DNA of 59,456 nt from Candidatus Iainarchaeum sp. (GCA_021158055.1 JAGGVJ010000026.1:1-59456); one strand, 5' to 3'. Positions 44,156 to 53,783 are shown, counted from the stretch's first letter. Numbers and translations: made by a program. The notes: generated by a model not told the origin, from the letters alone.

Positions 44156-44848
44156 TTATTCTTTGACTCCGACTTTTTCAAGTCTTTTTGAAGTGACTTT
44201 TATTTTCATTGTGTTGCTTAAGGCGTCAACGACTGCCGCGGCAAAATTGATTGTCGTCCTTGTTTTTCCGCTGGCTCTGACCCAGACATCCTGTATTCCC
44301 GCAAGCCTCAACACCGCTTTTGCGTTTTCCCCTGCAACAAGGCCTGTTCCTTTCGGAGCCGGCAGGAGAGTTACTCTTGAAGAGCCTTGTTTCCCGCTGA
44401 TTTGAATTGGAATCGAGTGGTTTGAACCACACACGCATTCCCATGAACCGCATCCGCGCCTCAACCTGACAAGGTTGAGTTTTGCCTGTCTTATTGCCTT
44501 GTTTATCGCAACCGGGACTTCCTTGTATTTTCCTTTTCCGAAACCGACATGGCCGTCTTTGTCACCGACTACTGCACTTACTCTCCAGGTTATCTTGTTT
44601 CCGGAGTCTGTTACACGCACGTTTCGTTTTATGTCAAGGACTTCGTCTTCAATTTCCGGCAAAAGTTTGTTTACAATCTCCGGTTCAAGGATTACCTGCC
44701 CTGAATCAAATATCTGGTCAATTGAAGTGATATCCCCCCTCACTACTTTCTTGCCTAGTTCTGTTTTCGGAATCCATTCTTCTTCAATTCTTTGAGGCGG
44801 CCTTCTTTGTGACTGGCCCCTGCCTCGTCTTGCGTTGCCTGACATCAT
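44156..44848 (-). CDS. rps5: 30S ribosomal protein uS5
   Basis: dsRBD and S5 C-terminal domain motifs (VVGDKDGHVGFGKGK, GTGLVAG). Confidence 0.9.
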   Translation of the reverse strand: MMSGNARRGRGQSQRRPPQRIEEEWIPKTELGKKVVRGDITSIDQIFDSGQVILEPEIVNKLLPEIEDEVLDIKRNVRVTDSGNKITWRVSAVVGDKDGHVGFGKGKYKEVPVAINKAIRQAKLNLVRLRRGCGSWECVCGSNHSIPIQISGKQGSSRVTLLPAPKGTGLVAGENAKAVLRLAGIQDVWVRASGKTRTTINFAAAVVDALSNTMKIKVTSKRLEKVGVKE

Positions 44849-45450
44849 TTCTTTTCACCTTCTTTTGAAGCGGCTTGCTCTATTTTTTTCTTTGTTTCCA
44901 AGAAATGCTCCGGTAATTTTGAAATGTCAAGCCCTCGTTTCACATACCCTGAAAATCTTTTTTCAAGTTCTTTTTTGTCAAGACCTGACGCGTAATCTGC
45001 AAGTATTTTTCCTGTTATTTTTTCCTTTGTCGGCATTATTTCTTCGTCACCGGCTGGAATTTCAACACCGGCGTCAATTGCTCCCTTGAGTGCAGCGTAA
45101 AACGCGGCGCCTTTTGTGGGGCTTCGAAGCCCGAGGTCAAAAATTGCTTCCTTGACTTTTAAGTTGATTGCCCGCAGTCCTGCAAGGTATCCTGTAAGGT
45201 AAGCGCTTGAGGTGTTTCCAGTGTGTCCCATCCACCCAAGTTTTACCAGATTTTTTGAGTGGGCTGCCGCAACAACAACATCCCCTTCAACGCGATAGTC
45301 TATGAATTGCGCTGACACATTGTTTGAAGTGATTCTTACAACAAACCTTGGTTTTTTTGACTTGATCTGGGAAAGCCTTTTCTTGTAATTGGTCTTTTTT
45401 TGCCTTCTTCGGCTGAACTGCACTGTGTAAGTTGACTTTGTAGCCATCAC
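44845..45450 (-). CDS. rpl18: 50S ribosomal protein uL18
   Basis: RRRQKKTNYKKRL..PRFVVRITSNNVSAQFI motif. Confidence 0.9.
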   Translation of the reverse strand: MMATKSTYTVQFSRRRQKKTNYKKRLSQIKSKKPRFVVRITSNNVSAQFIDYRVEGDVVVAAAHSKNLVKLGWMGHTGNTSSAYLTGYLAGLRAINLKVKEAIFDLGLRSPTKGAAFYAALKGAIDAGVEIPAGDEEIMPTKEKITGKILADYASGLDKKELEKRFSGYVKRGLDISKLPEHFLETKKKIEQAASKEGEKK

Positions 45451-45896
45451 TTTCCCTCCATGTAACCTTTGTCACTTGCATATTGCCTTATGTGTTGCCT
45501 GCTCCTGAAAAAACCGCCTTTTATTTTGCGGTATATTTCACGGTGCGGTCCGACACCAATGCCGTTTTCTTTCATTGCAATAAGCTCTTTTCTTTGCGCC
45601 CTTACTTTCTTTATCCACGCTGACTTCTTGCCTACTCTTGCGCCTTTTGTTCCTTTTCTTGAACCAAGCCCTCTTCTCTGGCCTGATTTTTTTTTCTGGT
45701 GCACTGCTCTGGCACGGCCTCTGCTCACACCTGTTTCAGGTCTTTTTGTTATTGCGTTGTGGGCGATTAAGACGCGCATGTCTTCGCGTGTCATTGCCTG
45801 TGAAACGTCTTCAATGTCTTCCGGGCTGATCCTGACTTTGTTTTTCCCGACCTTAAGGACTTTTGAAGCTAATTTTTTTGCCATTTTAAGATTCAT
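45447..45896 (-). CDS. rpl19e: 50S ribosomal protein eL19
   Basis: Start set at the internal MNLKMAKKLASKVLKVGKNKVRISPED. HQKKKSGQRRGLGSRKG motif. Confidence 0.85.
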   Translation of the reverse strand: MNLKMAKKLASKVLKVGKNKVRISPEDIEDVSQAMTREDMRVLIAHNAITKRPETGVSRGRARAVHQKKKSGQRRGLGSRKGTKGARVGKKSAWIKKVRAQRKELIAMKENGIGVGPHREIYRKIKGGFFRSRQHIRQYASDKGYMEGK

Positions 45897-46233
45897 TAAA
45901 ATCACCGGCGTTAAGTACTCTGACACCCAATTCTTTTGCTTTGCGCACAATGTCTATTCTTTTCTTTTTTCCAACCGTTCCTGCAATCCGTATGACATTT
46001 ATCTCCTTGTCAAGGCCTTCCGCTTCACTGGGGTTTGAAACAAGCACTTCGCATTTTCCGCTCGGGTGAAGACCCCGAATGCTTGCCTTGGTTCCATAGC
46101 CTATTTTTGGCATGGCTCCTTTTCCGACTACTCCTTCCCTTCTCTTGTTGTATATTCCCCTGGGTTTTCTCCAGCCTTTTCCTTTGAGTTTTTTTGTGTA
46201 ATGCTCGTTTCTTTTGAATTGCTTCAAGGCCAT
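45886..46233 (-). CDS. rpl32e: 50S ribosomal protein eL32
   Basis: Start set at MALKQFKRNEHYTKKLKGKGWRKPRG, just after the rpl6 stop. Confidence 0.85.
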   Translation of the reverse strand: MALKQFKRNEHYTKKLKGKGWRKPRGIYNKRREGVVGKGAMPKIGYGTKASIRGLHPSGKCEVLVSNPSEAEGLDKEINVIRIAGTVGKKKRIDIVRKAKELGVRVLNAGDFNES

Positions 46234-46234
46234 G

Positions 46235-46768
46235 TCAGTCACCTTTTGATGTAATGTAAATCCCGTCCTGGAATACCCGCGAATCAAACTTTGTTATTCT
46301 TGTTGCCTGCTCGATGTTTGCTGCGGTCTGGCTCACAAGCTCGCGGTCTGTTCCGCTTACTTCAATGTCCTGTCCTTTTACTTGGACTTTTGCGCCTTCT
46401 ATTATCTTTGAAGACCTCGGGGATTTCGCCCCAAGAAAGTTGTCAATCCTGACTGTGTTTCCTTCAACTTTTACAGTCATCGGAAAGTGAGAGTAAACTA
46501 CTTTCAGCTTGTAGGTGAATCCGTCTGTTACGCCGCGCACCATATTATTGAAGTGCGCAAAAACAGTACCCACCATCGCTTTTGTTTTTCTTCTTGATGT
46601 CTTGCCGACGACTGTGAATAAATCGCCTTCAACTTTCATGATTAAGTCATTTGACATAATTTCCTTTGAGAGTGTTCCTTTGGGCCCGCTGACTTCAATG
46701 TTGCAGCCGTCAAGCTTTACATTTACTTCTTCAGGTATTTTTGCTTCCCGCTGCGCAATTTCACTCAT
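46235..46768 (-). CDS. rpl6: 50S ribosomal protein uL6
   Basis: The ATG at 46768 is preceded by a GAGGTG RBS; the track start at 46777 is a GTG. Two uL6 repeats. Confidence 0.9.
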   Translation of the reverse strand: MSEIAQREAKIPEEVNVKLDGCNIEVSGPKGTLSKEIMSNDLIMKVEGDLFTVVGKTSRRKTKAMVGTVFAHFNNMVRGVTDGFTYKLKVVYSHFPMTVKVEGNTVRIDNFLGAKSPRSSKIIEGAKVQVKGQDIEVSGTDRELVSQTAANIEQATRITKFDSRVFQDGIYITSKGD

Positions 46769-46778
46769 TTCATACACC

Positions 46779-47171
46779 TCAATAAATGTAAGCCAAAAGC
46801 CTTCCGCCGTTACCCAGCTTTACTGCTTCTTCGTGTGACATGACTCCTTTTGACGTTGACACAATCATAAGACCAAAGTCTCTTGCAGGAAGGTATCTTT
46901 TCTCGTATTTTTCAAAACCGTCTTTTTTCACTGCAAATCTTGGTTTTATGGAACCGCATTTGTTGATCTGGCCAATCAGTTTAACTTCAAAAAAACCGCC
47001 TCTGCCGTCGTCAACCAGTTTGAAATCCCCGATGTATTCGTTACTCTGCATAACTTTTAGAACTTCCTGGATGAGTTTTGAGGCCGGTTTTATAATGCAA
47101 GTGTTTTTCCCCACGTTTTCGTGAGTTCTGATGTTATTCATTGCATTTGAGAGCGGATCATTTAATGACAT
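46779..47171 (-). CDS. rps8: 30S ribosomal protein uS8
   Basis: Start at [19 protein letters not shown]-terminus GGRLLAYIY. Confidence 0.9.
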   Translation of the reverse strand: MSLNDPLSNAMNNIRTHENVGKNTCIIKPASKLIQEVLKVMQSNEYIGDFKLVDDGRGGFFEVKLIGQINKCGSIKPRFAVKKDGFEKYEKRYLPARDFGLMIVSTSKGVMSHEEAVKLGNGGRLLAYIY

Positions 47172-47181
47172 TTTATTCACC

Positions 47182-47334
47182 TCAGTACTTTGAGAACCCC
47201 AGTTCTTCAGCAACGTCTCTAAAGCATCGCCTGCATACAGACAAACCGTACTTTCTGATCAGTCCGCGGGAAGTGCCGCAAAACCTGCACTTGCGGGCCC
47301 CTGTACCTTTTTTTTCCATTATTCTGCGAGTCAC
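47182..47334 (-). CDS. rps14: 30S ribosomal protein uS14 (zinc-binding type Z)
   Basis: Not the frame listed in the ORF track. The reverse-complement translation gives (V)[49 protein letters not shown] with CxxC...CxxC. The GTG start overlaps the rpl5 stop (GTGA); ATG 47319 is an alternative start. Confidence 0.85.
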   Translation of the reverse strand: MTRRIMEKKGTGARKCRFCGTSRGLIRKYGLSVCRRCFRDVAEELGFSKY

Positions 47335-47861
47335 TGGCCCACCTCACTTTCTTCGTTTCCAAATACCTTAATGTTAAATTCTTTTGAAATAAATTCAATT
47401 GCGTCTTCTTTTGTGACCAAGTGTTTTTTTCCGATTTTTGAAGACAACCTTTTTCTTTTAATGGCATAACCGGGCCTTTCAAGAGTCACTGCCACTTCAA
47501 AACCCATTATCCCTATTTTCGGATCGTATTTTACGCCCGGGAAGTAAAGGTATTCTTCCACTCCAAAGGAAAAGTTTCCCTGGTTGTCAAAACTTTTCTC
47601 GCTGACTCTTTCTTCAATTGCGGTAAATGCTTTTTTAAGGAAGTCTTTTGCTTCTTCCCCCCTCATGGTAACTTTAACACCAATCGGAAGCCCTGGCCTG
47701 AGGCCCCATTTGGGCTGCCTTACTTTTGAAACCGTTTCAATGGATTTTCTTTCTGTGAGTTTTTCTATAAGGATTTTTGCTTTTTCAAGCTTGTCACCTG
47801 CTTCTCCAGCGCCGATGTTGACCGTGACTTTTTCCACCCTTACATTTCTCATGGGGTTCAT
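47331..47861 (-). CDS. rpl5: 50S ribosomal protein uL5
   Basis: [14 protein letters not shown] motif and operon position. Confidence 0.9.
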   Translation of the reverse strand: MNPMRNVRVEKVTVNIGAGEAGDKLEKAKILIEKLTERKSIETVSKVRQPKWGLRPGLPIGVKVTMRGEEAKDFLKKAFTAIEERVSEKSFDNQGNFSFGVEEYLYFPGVKYDPKIGIMGFEVAVTLERPGYAIKRKRLSSKIGKKHLVTKEDAIEFISKEFNIKVFGNEESEVGQ

Positions 47862-48589
47862 CCCATCTCCTCCCTGATATTGATTTTTGACTTTTGGTCA
47901 CCGATTATGAAAACGTTTGCCTTGCGAGTCTGGAACATTTCTCCTTCGTGTTCCATTTCAACAAGCGATGCCCTGGCTTGCGTTCCCGGAACAATCAGTT
48001 TCACGGTTGCTACTTTTCCGGCGTGTTTTCCTTTTACGACATATCCGGTGTTTCCTTCTTTGAAAGCATAGTGTCCGACAATTTTTTGCTTCGGGACTTC
48101 AAGAAGCACCACGTCGTTTACCTTGAAGCTTTCGTCTTCAACAACCATGTTTCTCCCGTCGTGAAAATTAAGCTGGGTTTTTTTCCCTTTAAGCGTTGTT
48201 TTTTCTGTTATTTTGCAAAGTTTTGATTTCTTTTCACTTGTTTTGATCGGCTGCGGGCTAATCCTTCCTTTGATGTCAAGGACAATCCTGTAAACCTGTT
48301 TCAGTTCAGGGATTTCAACTATGTCCATCAGACCGACCGGGAAACCTGTTTCTTTTATTGGTTTTCCGTTGACAATCACGTTTCCTTTTGAAAGAATATG
48401 TTTTACTTCTTTTTGGCTGTTTGCAATGTTAAGAATGTCCCTCATGAGTACTGAAATCGGTATTGCCATCTCTTTGGGGTGCGGTCCCGGTGTTACTTTT
48501 TTCACCCAAAAATCCTGTTTTCTTTTAATGTGCCATGATCTTGGCGCTGAAATTGATTTTTGGTGTGTTCTGTTTCCTTTGCCGGCCAT
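47858..48589 (-). CDS. rps4e: 30S ribosomal protein eS4
   Basis: S4e N-terminal, KOW and C-terminal motifs (GKGNRTHQKSISAPRSWHI). Confidence 0.9.
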   Translation of the reverse strand: MAGKGNRTHQKSISAPRSWHIKRKQDFWVKKVTPGPHPKEMAIPISVLMRDILNIANSQKEVKHILSKGNVIVNGKPIKETGFPVGLMDIVEIPELKQVYRIVLDIKGRISPQPIKTSEKKSKLCKITEKTTLKGKKTQLNFHDGRNMVVEDESFKVNDVVLLEVPKQKIVGHYAFKEGNTGYVVKGKHAGKVATVKLIVPGTQARASLVEMEHEGEMFQTRKANVFIIGDQKSKINIREEMG

Positions 48590-48594
48590 TCAAT

Positions 48595-48939
48595 TCACCC
48601 CTTAAACCTTTTTGCGTCTGTTTTGTCAAGCGCTTTTACAACCAAGTTTGATGCCTTCACAGGCACTGGTGAATCGCTTGCGTCACCTTTTTTCACGGTC
48701 ACGCCTTCAACATAAACTTGTCCTTTTGAGCGGTTTATCCTTGTAACATTTCCTTCTTTGTTTTTGTGAGTGCCCCGCACGAGTTTTACGGTGTCGCCTG
48801 TTTTAAGAGTAACTGTCCGTTTTTTTGTCTCTTCGCGAAGCTCTTTTGAAAGATTTGAACGCACGTACCTTTTTGTCTGGTGCAGTTTCTGATTGAAGAA
48901 ATTTTTTCTTTGCTTTCTTGGTTGCTTGCTTGCTGGCAT
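48595..48939 (-). CDS. rpl24: 50S ribosomal protein uL24
   Basis: KOW motif GDTVKLVRGTHKNKEG. Confidence 0.9.
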   Translation of the reverse strand: MPASKQPRKQRKNFFNQKLHQTKRYVRSNLSKELREETKKRTVTLKTGDTVKLVRGTHKNKEGNVTRINRSKGQVYVEGVTVKKGDASDSPVPVKASNLVVKALDKTDAKRFKG

Positions 48940-48948
48940 GTTATCTCC

Positions 48949-49380
48949 TCATATGATACTTGATGCAATTCCTGCAACTTTCGGCCATTTTTCGGCTACT
49001 TCTTTTGCCACAACGCCCTTTATTTCAGTTCCTTTCGGCATCCCTGACTCGTTTACGAGCACGGCTGCATTGTCTTCAAATTTTACCCGAAGCCCGTCCG
49101 GTCTTCTGAATGATTGTTTTTGCCTGATGATAACCGCCATCTCAACGGTTTTTCTTACATCCGGCCTTCCTTTTTTGACTGTTACGATTACAATGTCGCC
49201 TATTCCTGCTGAGGGAAACTGATCTTTCCTTCCCTTGTACCTGACAACACCAATTACCTCAATTACTTTCGCTCCGCTGTTGTCATCGCAGTGCAGTTGT
49301 GCACCTACAGGTATGCATTTTGGAACTGATGCGCTTATCGCTTTTCCAAGATTTGATATTTTTTTGCGTTTTCTTGGCAT
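48949..49380 (-). CDS. rpl14: 50S ribosomal protein uL14
   Basis: CDDNSGAK, GDIVIVTVKKG motifs. Confidence 0.9.
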   Translation of the reverse strand: MPRKRKKISNLGKAISASVPKCIPVGAQLHCDDNSGAKVIEVIGVVRYKGRKDQFPSAGIGDIVIVTVKKGRPDVRKTVEMAVIIRQKQSFRRPDGLRVKFEDNAAVLVNESGMPKGTEIKGVVAKEVAEKWPKVAGIASSII

Positions 49381-49390
49381 TTAATCGACC

Positions 49391-49681
49391 TTAAATCTTT
49401 TTCATGACAACAAAGCTTTTCGTTTTGCTGAGTTTTCTGCACTCCGCAATCAAAACCTTGTCATCCGCATTAATTTCAACACAGTCCGGAACGTGTGCTT
49501 TTATCCTTGATCTCCTTCTTTCCTGCCTCTCGTATTTCTTGTCCTTGATAAGGTAAGAAATCTCAATCACGGCTGTTTTTTTCATTTTTGCGGAAACTAC
49601 TTTTCCTTCAATCATGCTTCCCCTGACTGAAAGGGTGCCATGATACGGGCAGTTTTTGTCTTCGCAAACCTCTTTTGCCAT
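49391..49681 (-). CDS. rps17: 30S ribosomal protein uS17
   Basis: [25 protein letters not shown] motif. Confidence 0.9.
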   Translation of the reverse strand: MAKEVCEDKNCPYHGTLSVRGSMIEGKVVSAKMKKTAVIEISYLIKDKKYERQERRRSRIKAHVPDCVEINADDKVLIAECRKLSKTKSFVVMKKI

Positions 49682-50012
49682 GATATTTCCTCCAGTATTT
49701 TTTTATCCGCTCTTCCGGTTTGTATTCAATGTCAGAGCCCTTTAATTCAACGCAACCGCCTGTTAGCAGAAGCGAGATAATAATCCCTTTTTTTGCTATT
49801 CGTTTCTCATTTCCTGAATTGTCTTCTATTACGATGGTGTGTTCTGTTTCGTCAACAATTTTTCCGCTTAAGCCAATGTTGCGCCTTGGAACACCGCCGG
49901 TTATTTTTACTTCAAGCCCTATGAGCTCATGAGCAAGAACATTCCACGCAGTGATATTTTTGTCTGGTTTTTTATTTTCAAAAGCAAGGTTTTTGCTTTT
50001 AGACGACATCAA
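49608..50012 (-). CDS. rnp1: RNase P protein component 1 (Rpp29/Pop4)
   Basis: [10 protein letters not shown]....[17 protein letters not shown] Sm-like barrel motif in the conserved position between SUI1 and rps17. The 3' end overlaps rps17 by 74 nt. Confidence 0.75.
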   Translation of the reverse strand: MMSSKSKNLAFENKKPDKNITAWNVLAHELIGLEVKITGGVPRRNIGLSGKIVDETEHTIVIEDNSGNEKRIAKKGIIISLLLTGGCVELKGSDIEYKPEERIKKYWRKYHGKRGLRRQKLPVSWHPFSQGKHD

Positions 50013-50304
50013 TTAACTCCTCAGGGAAGTTGTTTTTGATAAGTATTTCTTTTACTTTTGAACTGTGGTTTCCCTGCAGCTCTATCCTGTCCTCTTTTAC
50101 TGTTCCACCGCATGCAAGCTTTCTTTTTAGCTCTTTGCAAATTTCCTCGATGTCTGTTTGCTTGTCAAACCCGTTTACTTGAGTCACAAATTTTCTGAAC
50201 TTTCGTCTGGTGACTTTTATTTTTATTTTTTGCGACTCTTTGGCTATTTGCACGCAAACACACAGGTCTTTGGGCAGTCCACAAGTGGGACATATTTCTT
50301 GCAT
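49999..50304 (-). CDS. sui1: translation initiation factor aSUI1 (eIF1 homolog)
   Basis: Start at ATG 50304 ([17 protein letters not shown]) with a GGAGGT RBS. SUI1 core [13 protein letters not shown]...[18 protein letters not shown]. Confidence 0.85.
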   Translation of the reverse strand: MQEICPTCGLPKDLCVCVQIAKESQKIKIKVTRRKFRKFVTQVNGFDKQTDIEEICKELKRKLACGGTVKEDRIELQGNHSSKVKEILIKNNFPEELIDVV

Positions 50305-50371
50305 TTTGATTTTACCTCCAATCAACTAATGTCATTTCAAATTTCATCTTAAACTACTGTTAAAATCATTT

Positions 50372-50854
50372 TCACTTTTTTGCTTTTGGTTTTTCAGTTG
50401 AACTTACTGGTTTCTTGTCAGCAACCTTTGCTTTGACCGCTGTCTTTGCAACGTTTTTTGTTTTCTCGGCAGGAACTGCTGTTGCTTTTGTTGTTTTTTT
50501 CGTTGCTGTTTTTTTTGAAACTTTTTCTGTTTTTGCTTCAGCTTCCTTAGTTCTTGTTTTTGCCTTGACGGTTGTCTTTTTGGCCTCTTTTTTAACTTCT
50601 CTGACTGCGGCCCCTTTTTTGGTCGCTTTTTCTTCTTTGACTGCTGTTTTTGGCTCTTCCCTGGTTATTGTGAGTATCCTTGCAATTGTCCTGCGGATTA
50701 TCCTGAGTCTTCCTGGGTTTTCCGGGCGTGTTCCGCTTGATACATGAGCGCGTTCCCTGCTGAGCTCACTTCGAAGATCCTTCAGCTTGGACCCGAGTTC
50801 TTTTTGGTTCATTGCCCTTATTTCAGATGATTTAAGAATCGCCACTGTATTCAC
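50372..50854 (-). CDS. rpl29: 50S ribosomal protein uL29 with ~95-aa Lys/Ala/Thr-rich C-terminal extension
   Basis: N-terminal 65 aa is canonical uL29 (ELGSKLKDLRSELSRERA). The tail is AKKTTVKAKTRTKEAEAKTEKVSKKTATKKTTKA.... Confidence 0.85.
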   Translation of the reverse strand: MNTVAILKSSEIRAMNQKELGSKLKDLRSELSRERAHVSSGTRPENPGRLRIIRRTIARILTITREEPKTAVKEEKATKKGAAVREVKKEAKKTTVKAKTRTKEAEAKTEKVSKKTATKKTTKATAVPAEKTKNVAKTAVKAKVADKKPVSSTEKPKAKK

Positions 50855-51939
50855 TTCCCCTCAGTTTTATTTGCAGTCTTTTTTGAAGGTTTTTTTTCTT
50901 CTGTTGGTGACTCTTTTTTTGCAGCTTTTGTCTCTGCTTTCGTTTTCGCTGCTGCCGGCTTTTTTGAAGCACTCTTGGCTTTGGATTCTTTTCCTTTTGA
51001 ATCTTCAGCTTTTTTATCTTTTTTTACTGTTTTAGTCTCTTTTGATTTTACTTTCGTTTCTACTACTGCCGGTTTTTCCGCTTCGGCGATTTTTGCTTCA
51101 GCAACTTTTTCAACTGCCTTATCTTTTTCAGCTTCCTGCTCTGCTGCTTTGTCAGCTTCCGGTTTTACTGCTTCTTCTGATTCTACAACCGCTGTAACTC
51201 CTTCTTCTGCAACAGCTTTTTCTCCTTCACCAGTTTCGGCTGCCAGAGGCTTTTTCTTGAACATTTTTTCTGCTTGTTCAACCGACTTTACTTCGTCTTC
51301 AACAATGCTGTCAATGTTTATTATCTTGTTTGCCTTGATGATTTCTTTGAGATTTATCTTATCTGAAAATACCACGTCAGGAGGTACAATTTTTACCGTG
51401 ACTCCGATGGCGCCTGCTTTCGGAAGGGCTGTCGAGGTAGCAATTTTCACTAGCTTCGCGGTATCGCCTGCTTTTTTCATGTAACCCGCACCGACACGTT
51501 CCACTCTTGACTTGCCTCCTTTCCCGACAATTTTTCCCGAAACAACAACTTCCGTTCCAAGAGCTCCCGCCTGAATGATCGACTTGACAGTGCGGTTCAA
51601 AACCCTGCGCCATTTCATGCCCCTTTCAAGCTGGCCTGCAATCACGTTTGCCATTATCTGCGGGTCAAGTTCTTTTTTGCCAAGTTCGGCAATTTCAACT
51701 TGCGGGTTTTCAATCCCTCTTTTCTCGATTTCTTCAGTGAGCTGTTGTATGCTTGCTCCTTTTCGTCCTATAACAAGCCCGGGTCTTTCAACCTTGAGCA
51801 CCACTCTTGTTACAAGAGGCGTTTTTTTTATTTCAACTCCTGAAAAGTTCGCTGACTCAAGTTTTCTTGTGAGCCATTTTGTCAGTTCAACCTGCTTAAT
51901 TGAGTTGTCAATAAATTTTCTTTCAATCAAGTTATTCAC
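50851..51939 (-). CDS. rps3: 30S ribosomal protein uS3 with ~150-aa Lys/Ala/Glu-rich C-terminal extension
   Basis: KH domain (VIGRKGASIQQL) and S3-C domain in the first ~205 aa. The remainder is low-complexity KAE-rich. Confidence 0.9.
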   Translation of the reverse strand: MNNLIERKFIDNSIKQVELTKWLTRKLESANFSGVEIKKTPLVTRVVLKVERPGLVIGRKGASIQQLTEEIEKRGIENPQVEIAELGKKELDPQIMANVIAGQLERGMKWRRVLNRTVKSIIQAGALGTEVVVSGKIVGKGGKSRVERVGAGYMKKAGDTAKLVKIATSTALPKAGAIGVTVKIVPPDVVFSDKINLKEIIKANKIINIDSIVEDEVKSVEQAEKMFKKKPLAAETGEGEKAVAEEGVTAVVESEEAVKPEADKAAEQEAEKDKAVEKVAEAKIAEAEKPAVVETKVKSKETKTVKKDKKAEDSKGKESKAKSASKKPAAAKTKAETKAAKKESPTEEKKPSKKTANKTEGK

Positions 51940-52381
51940 CTACCACCAATTCAACGTTGGTGTACTGTCTTATCTGGCCGCGCCATTTTCCTTTCGGCTG
52001 CCTTCTGAACCGCGAGTCACCCTGTGATGAAATTGCGCTGATTATCTTCAGTGATTCAACGTCAAGTCCCTTGTAGTCCGCATTTGCTTCCGCGTGGGAG
52101 ATTATCTCCTTTATCTTTTTTGACGCCTTAAACGGATACCTTCCGTGTTTCCAGCCCTTGCCTTTCCTGTGGCCGGTTTCAAGGAAAAATCTCCTGAACG
52201 GGACATGGATCTTTTTTTCCATGACATCGTCAAGAAACTTTTTTGCACCCTCAAGTTTCATTCCCTGAATTTCCCTGCATATCTCAACGCAGTGTTTCCG
52301 TGAGAGGTCAAGGTTTCTTCCAAGAGCTTTTGCAGTGTGCTCAGGGTCAATTCCTTCAAATGTGTAATTTGTCTTAACCAT
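51932..52381 (-). CDS. rpl22: 50S ribosomal protein uL22
   Basis: Family similarity and its position between rps19 and rps3. Confidence 0.9.
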   Translation of the reverse strand: MVKTNYTFEGIDPEHTAKALGRNLDLSRKHCVEICREIQGMKLEGAKKFLDDVMEKKIHVPFRRFFLETGHRKGKGWKHGRYPFKASKKIKEIISHAEANADYKGLDVESLKIISAISSQGDSRFRRQPKGKWRGQIRQYTNVELVVGE

Positions 52382-52391
52382 TTTTTCACCT

Positions 52392-52781
52392 TTATCTCAC
52401 TGAAACGTGTTTTGTTGACCTTGTTGCTCCGATTCCCGGTCCGCTGTGTGAAACACGTCCTCTTGTAATTGAAAATTCCCCCAAAAAGTGACCAACCATC
52501 GGGAGTGTGACTGGAACATCCGTGTATTCCTTGCCGTTGTAAACCGAAATTGTCAAACCCACCATTTCAGGCAGAATCACTGTGTCCCTTAAGTGAGTCC
52601 TTATTTTTTTCCCTGATTTTTTGTTTTCCCTTATTTTTGAGAGCAGTTTTTTGTGTGATTCATCCATCCGGATCATTGAACGCCTTGCCCTTGAAGGAAG
52701 AACATTTGCGAGTTCTTCTGAAGTGAGACCAAGAAGGTCATCAAGATTCATTCCCCTGTATTTGAATTCTTTTCTTGCCAT
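52392..52781 (-). CDS. rps19: 30S ribosomal protein uS19
   Basis: Start at MARKEFKYRGMNLDDL with a GAGGT RBS. GHFLGEFSITR motif. Confidence 0.9.
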   Translation of the reverse strand: MARKEFKYRGMNLDDLLGLTSEELANVLPSRARRSMIRMDESHKKLLSKIRENKKSGKKIRTHLRDTVILPEMVGLTISVYNGKEYTDVPVTLPMVGHFLGEFSITRGRVSHSGPGIGATRSTKHVSVR

Positions 52782-52785
52782 AAGA

Positions 52786-53511
52786 TTACCTCTTTCTTCT
52801 TCCGGTTCGTTTTGCCGCAATGTGCCCGACTTTTTGTCCCGGAGGTGCATGCCTGCTTACTGTGGTTGATTTTCCTGCGTGGTGGCCTGTTCCGCCGTGC
52901 GGGTGCGACACCGGGTTCATTGCAACTCCCCTGACTTTCGGGAACCTTTTGTTTCTTGCTTTCATCTTGTGAAATTTTGCACCTGCTTTAAGCATTGGTT
53001 TTTCTGTTCTTCCCCCGCCTGCGGCGTTTCCGATTGTCGCCCTGCAGTTCGGGTGGAATGTCTTGAATTTTCCTGACGGAAGCTTTAAAGTGATTTTGTT
53101 TTCTGATTTTGAAACTACGTATGCAAATGCCCCTGATGATTTGATTGTTTTTCCACCGTCTCCGGGAGTGTTTTCAACATTGAAGAGTGGAATTCCTTCC
53201 GGAACTGATTTTAAGGGGAGTATGTTTCCAACATCTATCTGAGACTGTGTTCCAATCTGCAGCAACTGCCCTGCACAAAGGCCTTCCGGCGCAATGACAA
53301 ACGAAACTTTATTGTCTTCGCACAAAATCTTTGCAAGAGGCGCTGTTCTTGAAACGTCATTCACAAAGTCAATGACTTCTGCCTGCACAACCCCCTCTTT
53401 TTCTTTTTCACTGTAAGTCGGATATTCTGAAGTAAACTTAAACCTATGGTCAGGGGTTCTCCACGCCGGGCTCCCGCGCCCCCTCCTTTGAACCCCGAGC
53501 CTTTTACCCAT
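52786..53511 (-). CDS. rpl2: 50S ribosomal protein uL2
   Basis: MNPVSHPHGGTGHH motif. Confidence 0.95.
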   Translation of the reverse strand: MGKRLGVQRRGRGSPAWRTPDHRFKFTSEYPTYSEKEKEGVVQAEVIDFVNDVSRTAPLAKILCEDNKVSFVIAPEGLCAGQLLQIGTQSQIDVGNILPLKSVPEGIPLFNVENTPGDGGKTIKSSGAFAYVVSKSENKITLKLPSGKFKTFHPNCRATIGNAAGGGRTEKPMLKAGAKFHKMKARNKRFPKVRGVAMNPVSHPHGGTGHHAGKSTTVSRHAPPGQKVGHIAAKRTGRRKR

Positions 53512-53772
53512 CTAGATCACTCCGAGTCTTGAAGCAAGGTCTTCTGCTGAAAATTCAGGCGCTATTTTGACGTATGCCTTTTTCTTTCCCTTGAAGTCAA
53601 CCATTGTGTTTATCCCTTCAACTTTTACATTGTATAACTCTTCAATCTGGTGCTTTATTTCCGTCTTGTTAGCGCGATTGTCCACAATAAACACTATTTT
53701 GTTTTCCTTTTCTATGAAATTCACTGCCTTTTCTGTCAGGAGCGGATATTTGACTACTTCATTTGATTCCAT
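53512..53772 (-). CDS. rpl23: 50S ribosomal protein uL23
   Basis: ATG 53772 has a GGTG RBS. PLLTEKAVNFIEKENKIVFIV motif. Confidence 0.9.
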   Translation of the reverse strand: MESNEVVKYPLLTEKAVNFIEKENKIVFIVDNRANKTEIKHQIEELYNVKVEGINTMVDFKGKKKAYVKIAPEFSAEDLASRLGVI

Positions 53773-53783
53773 GTAAAACACCG

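Noticed and set aside
47219-47482. 87-aa minus-strand ORF listed in the track at the rps14 position
   Set aside because: Wrong frame. The zinc-ribbon uS14 (CRFCG...CRRC) is encoded in another minus-strand frame at 47182-47334. The listed ORF also overlaps the rpl5 3' end.
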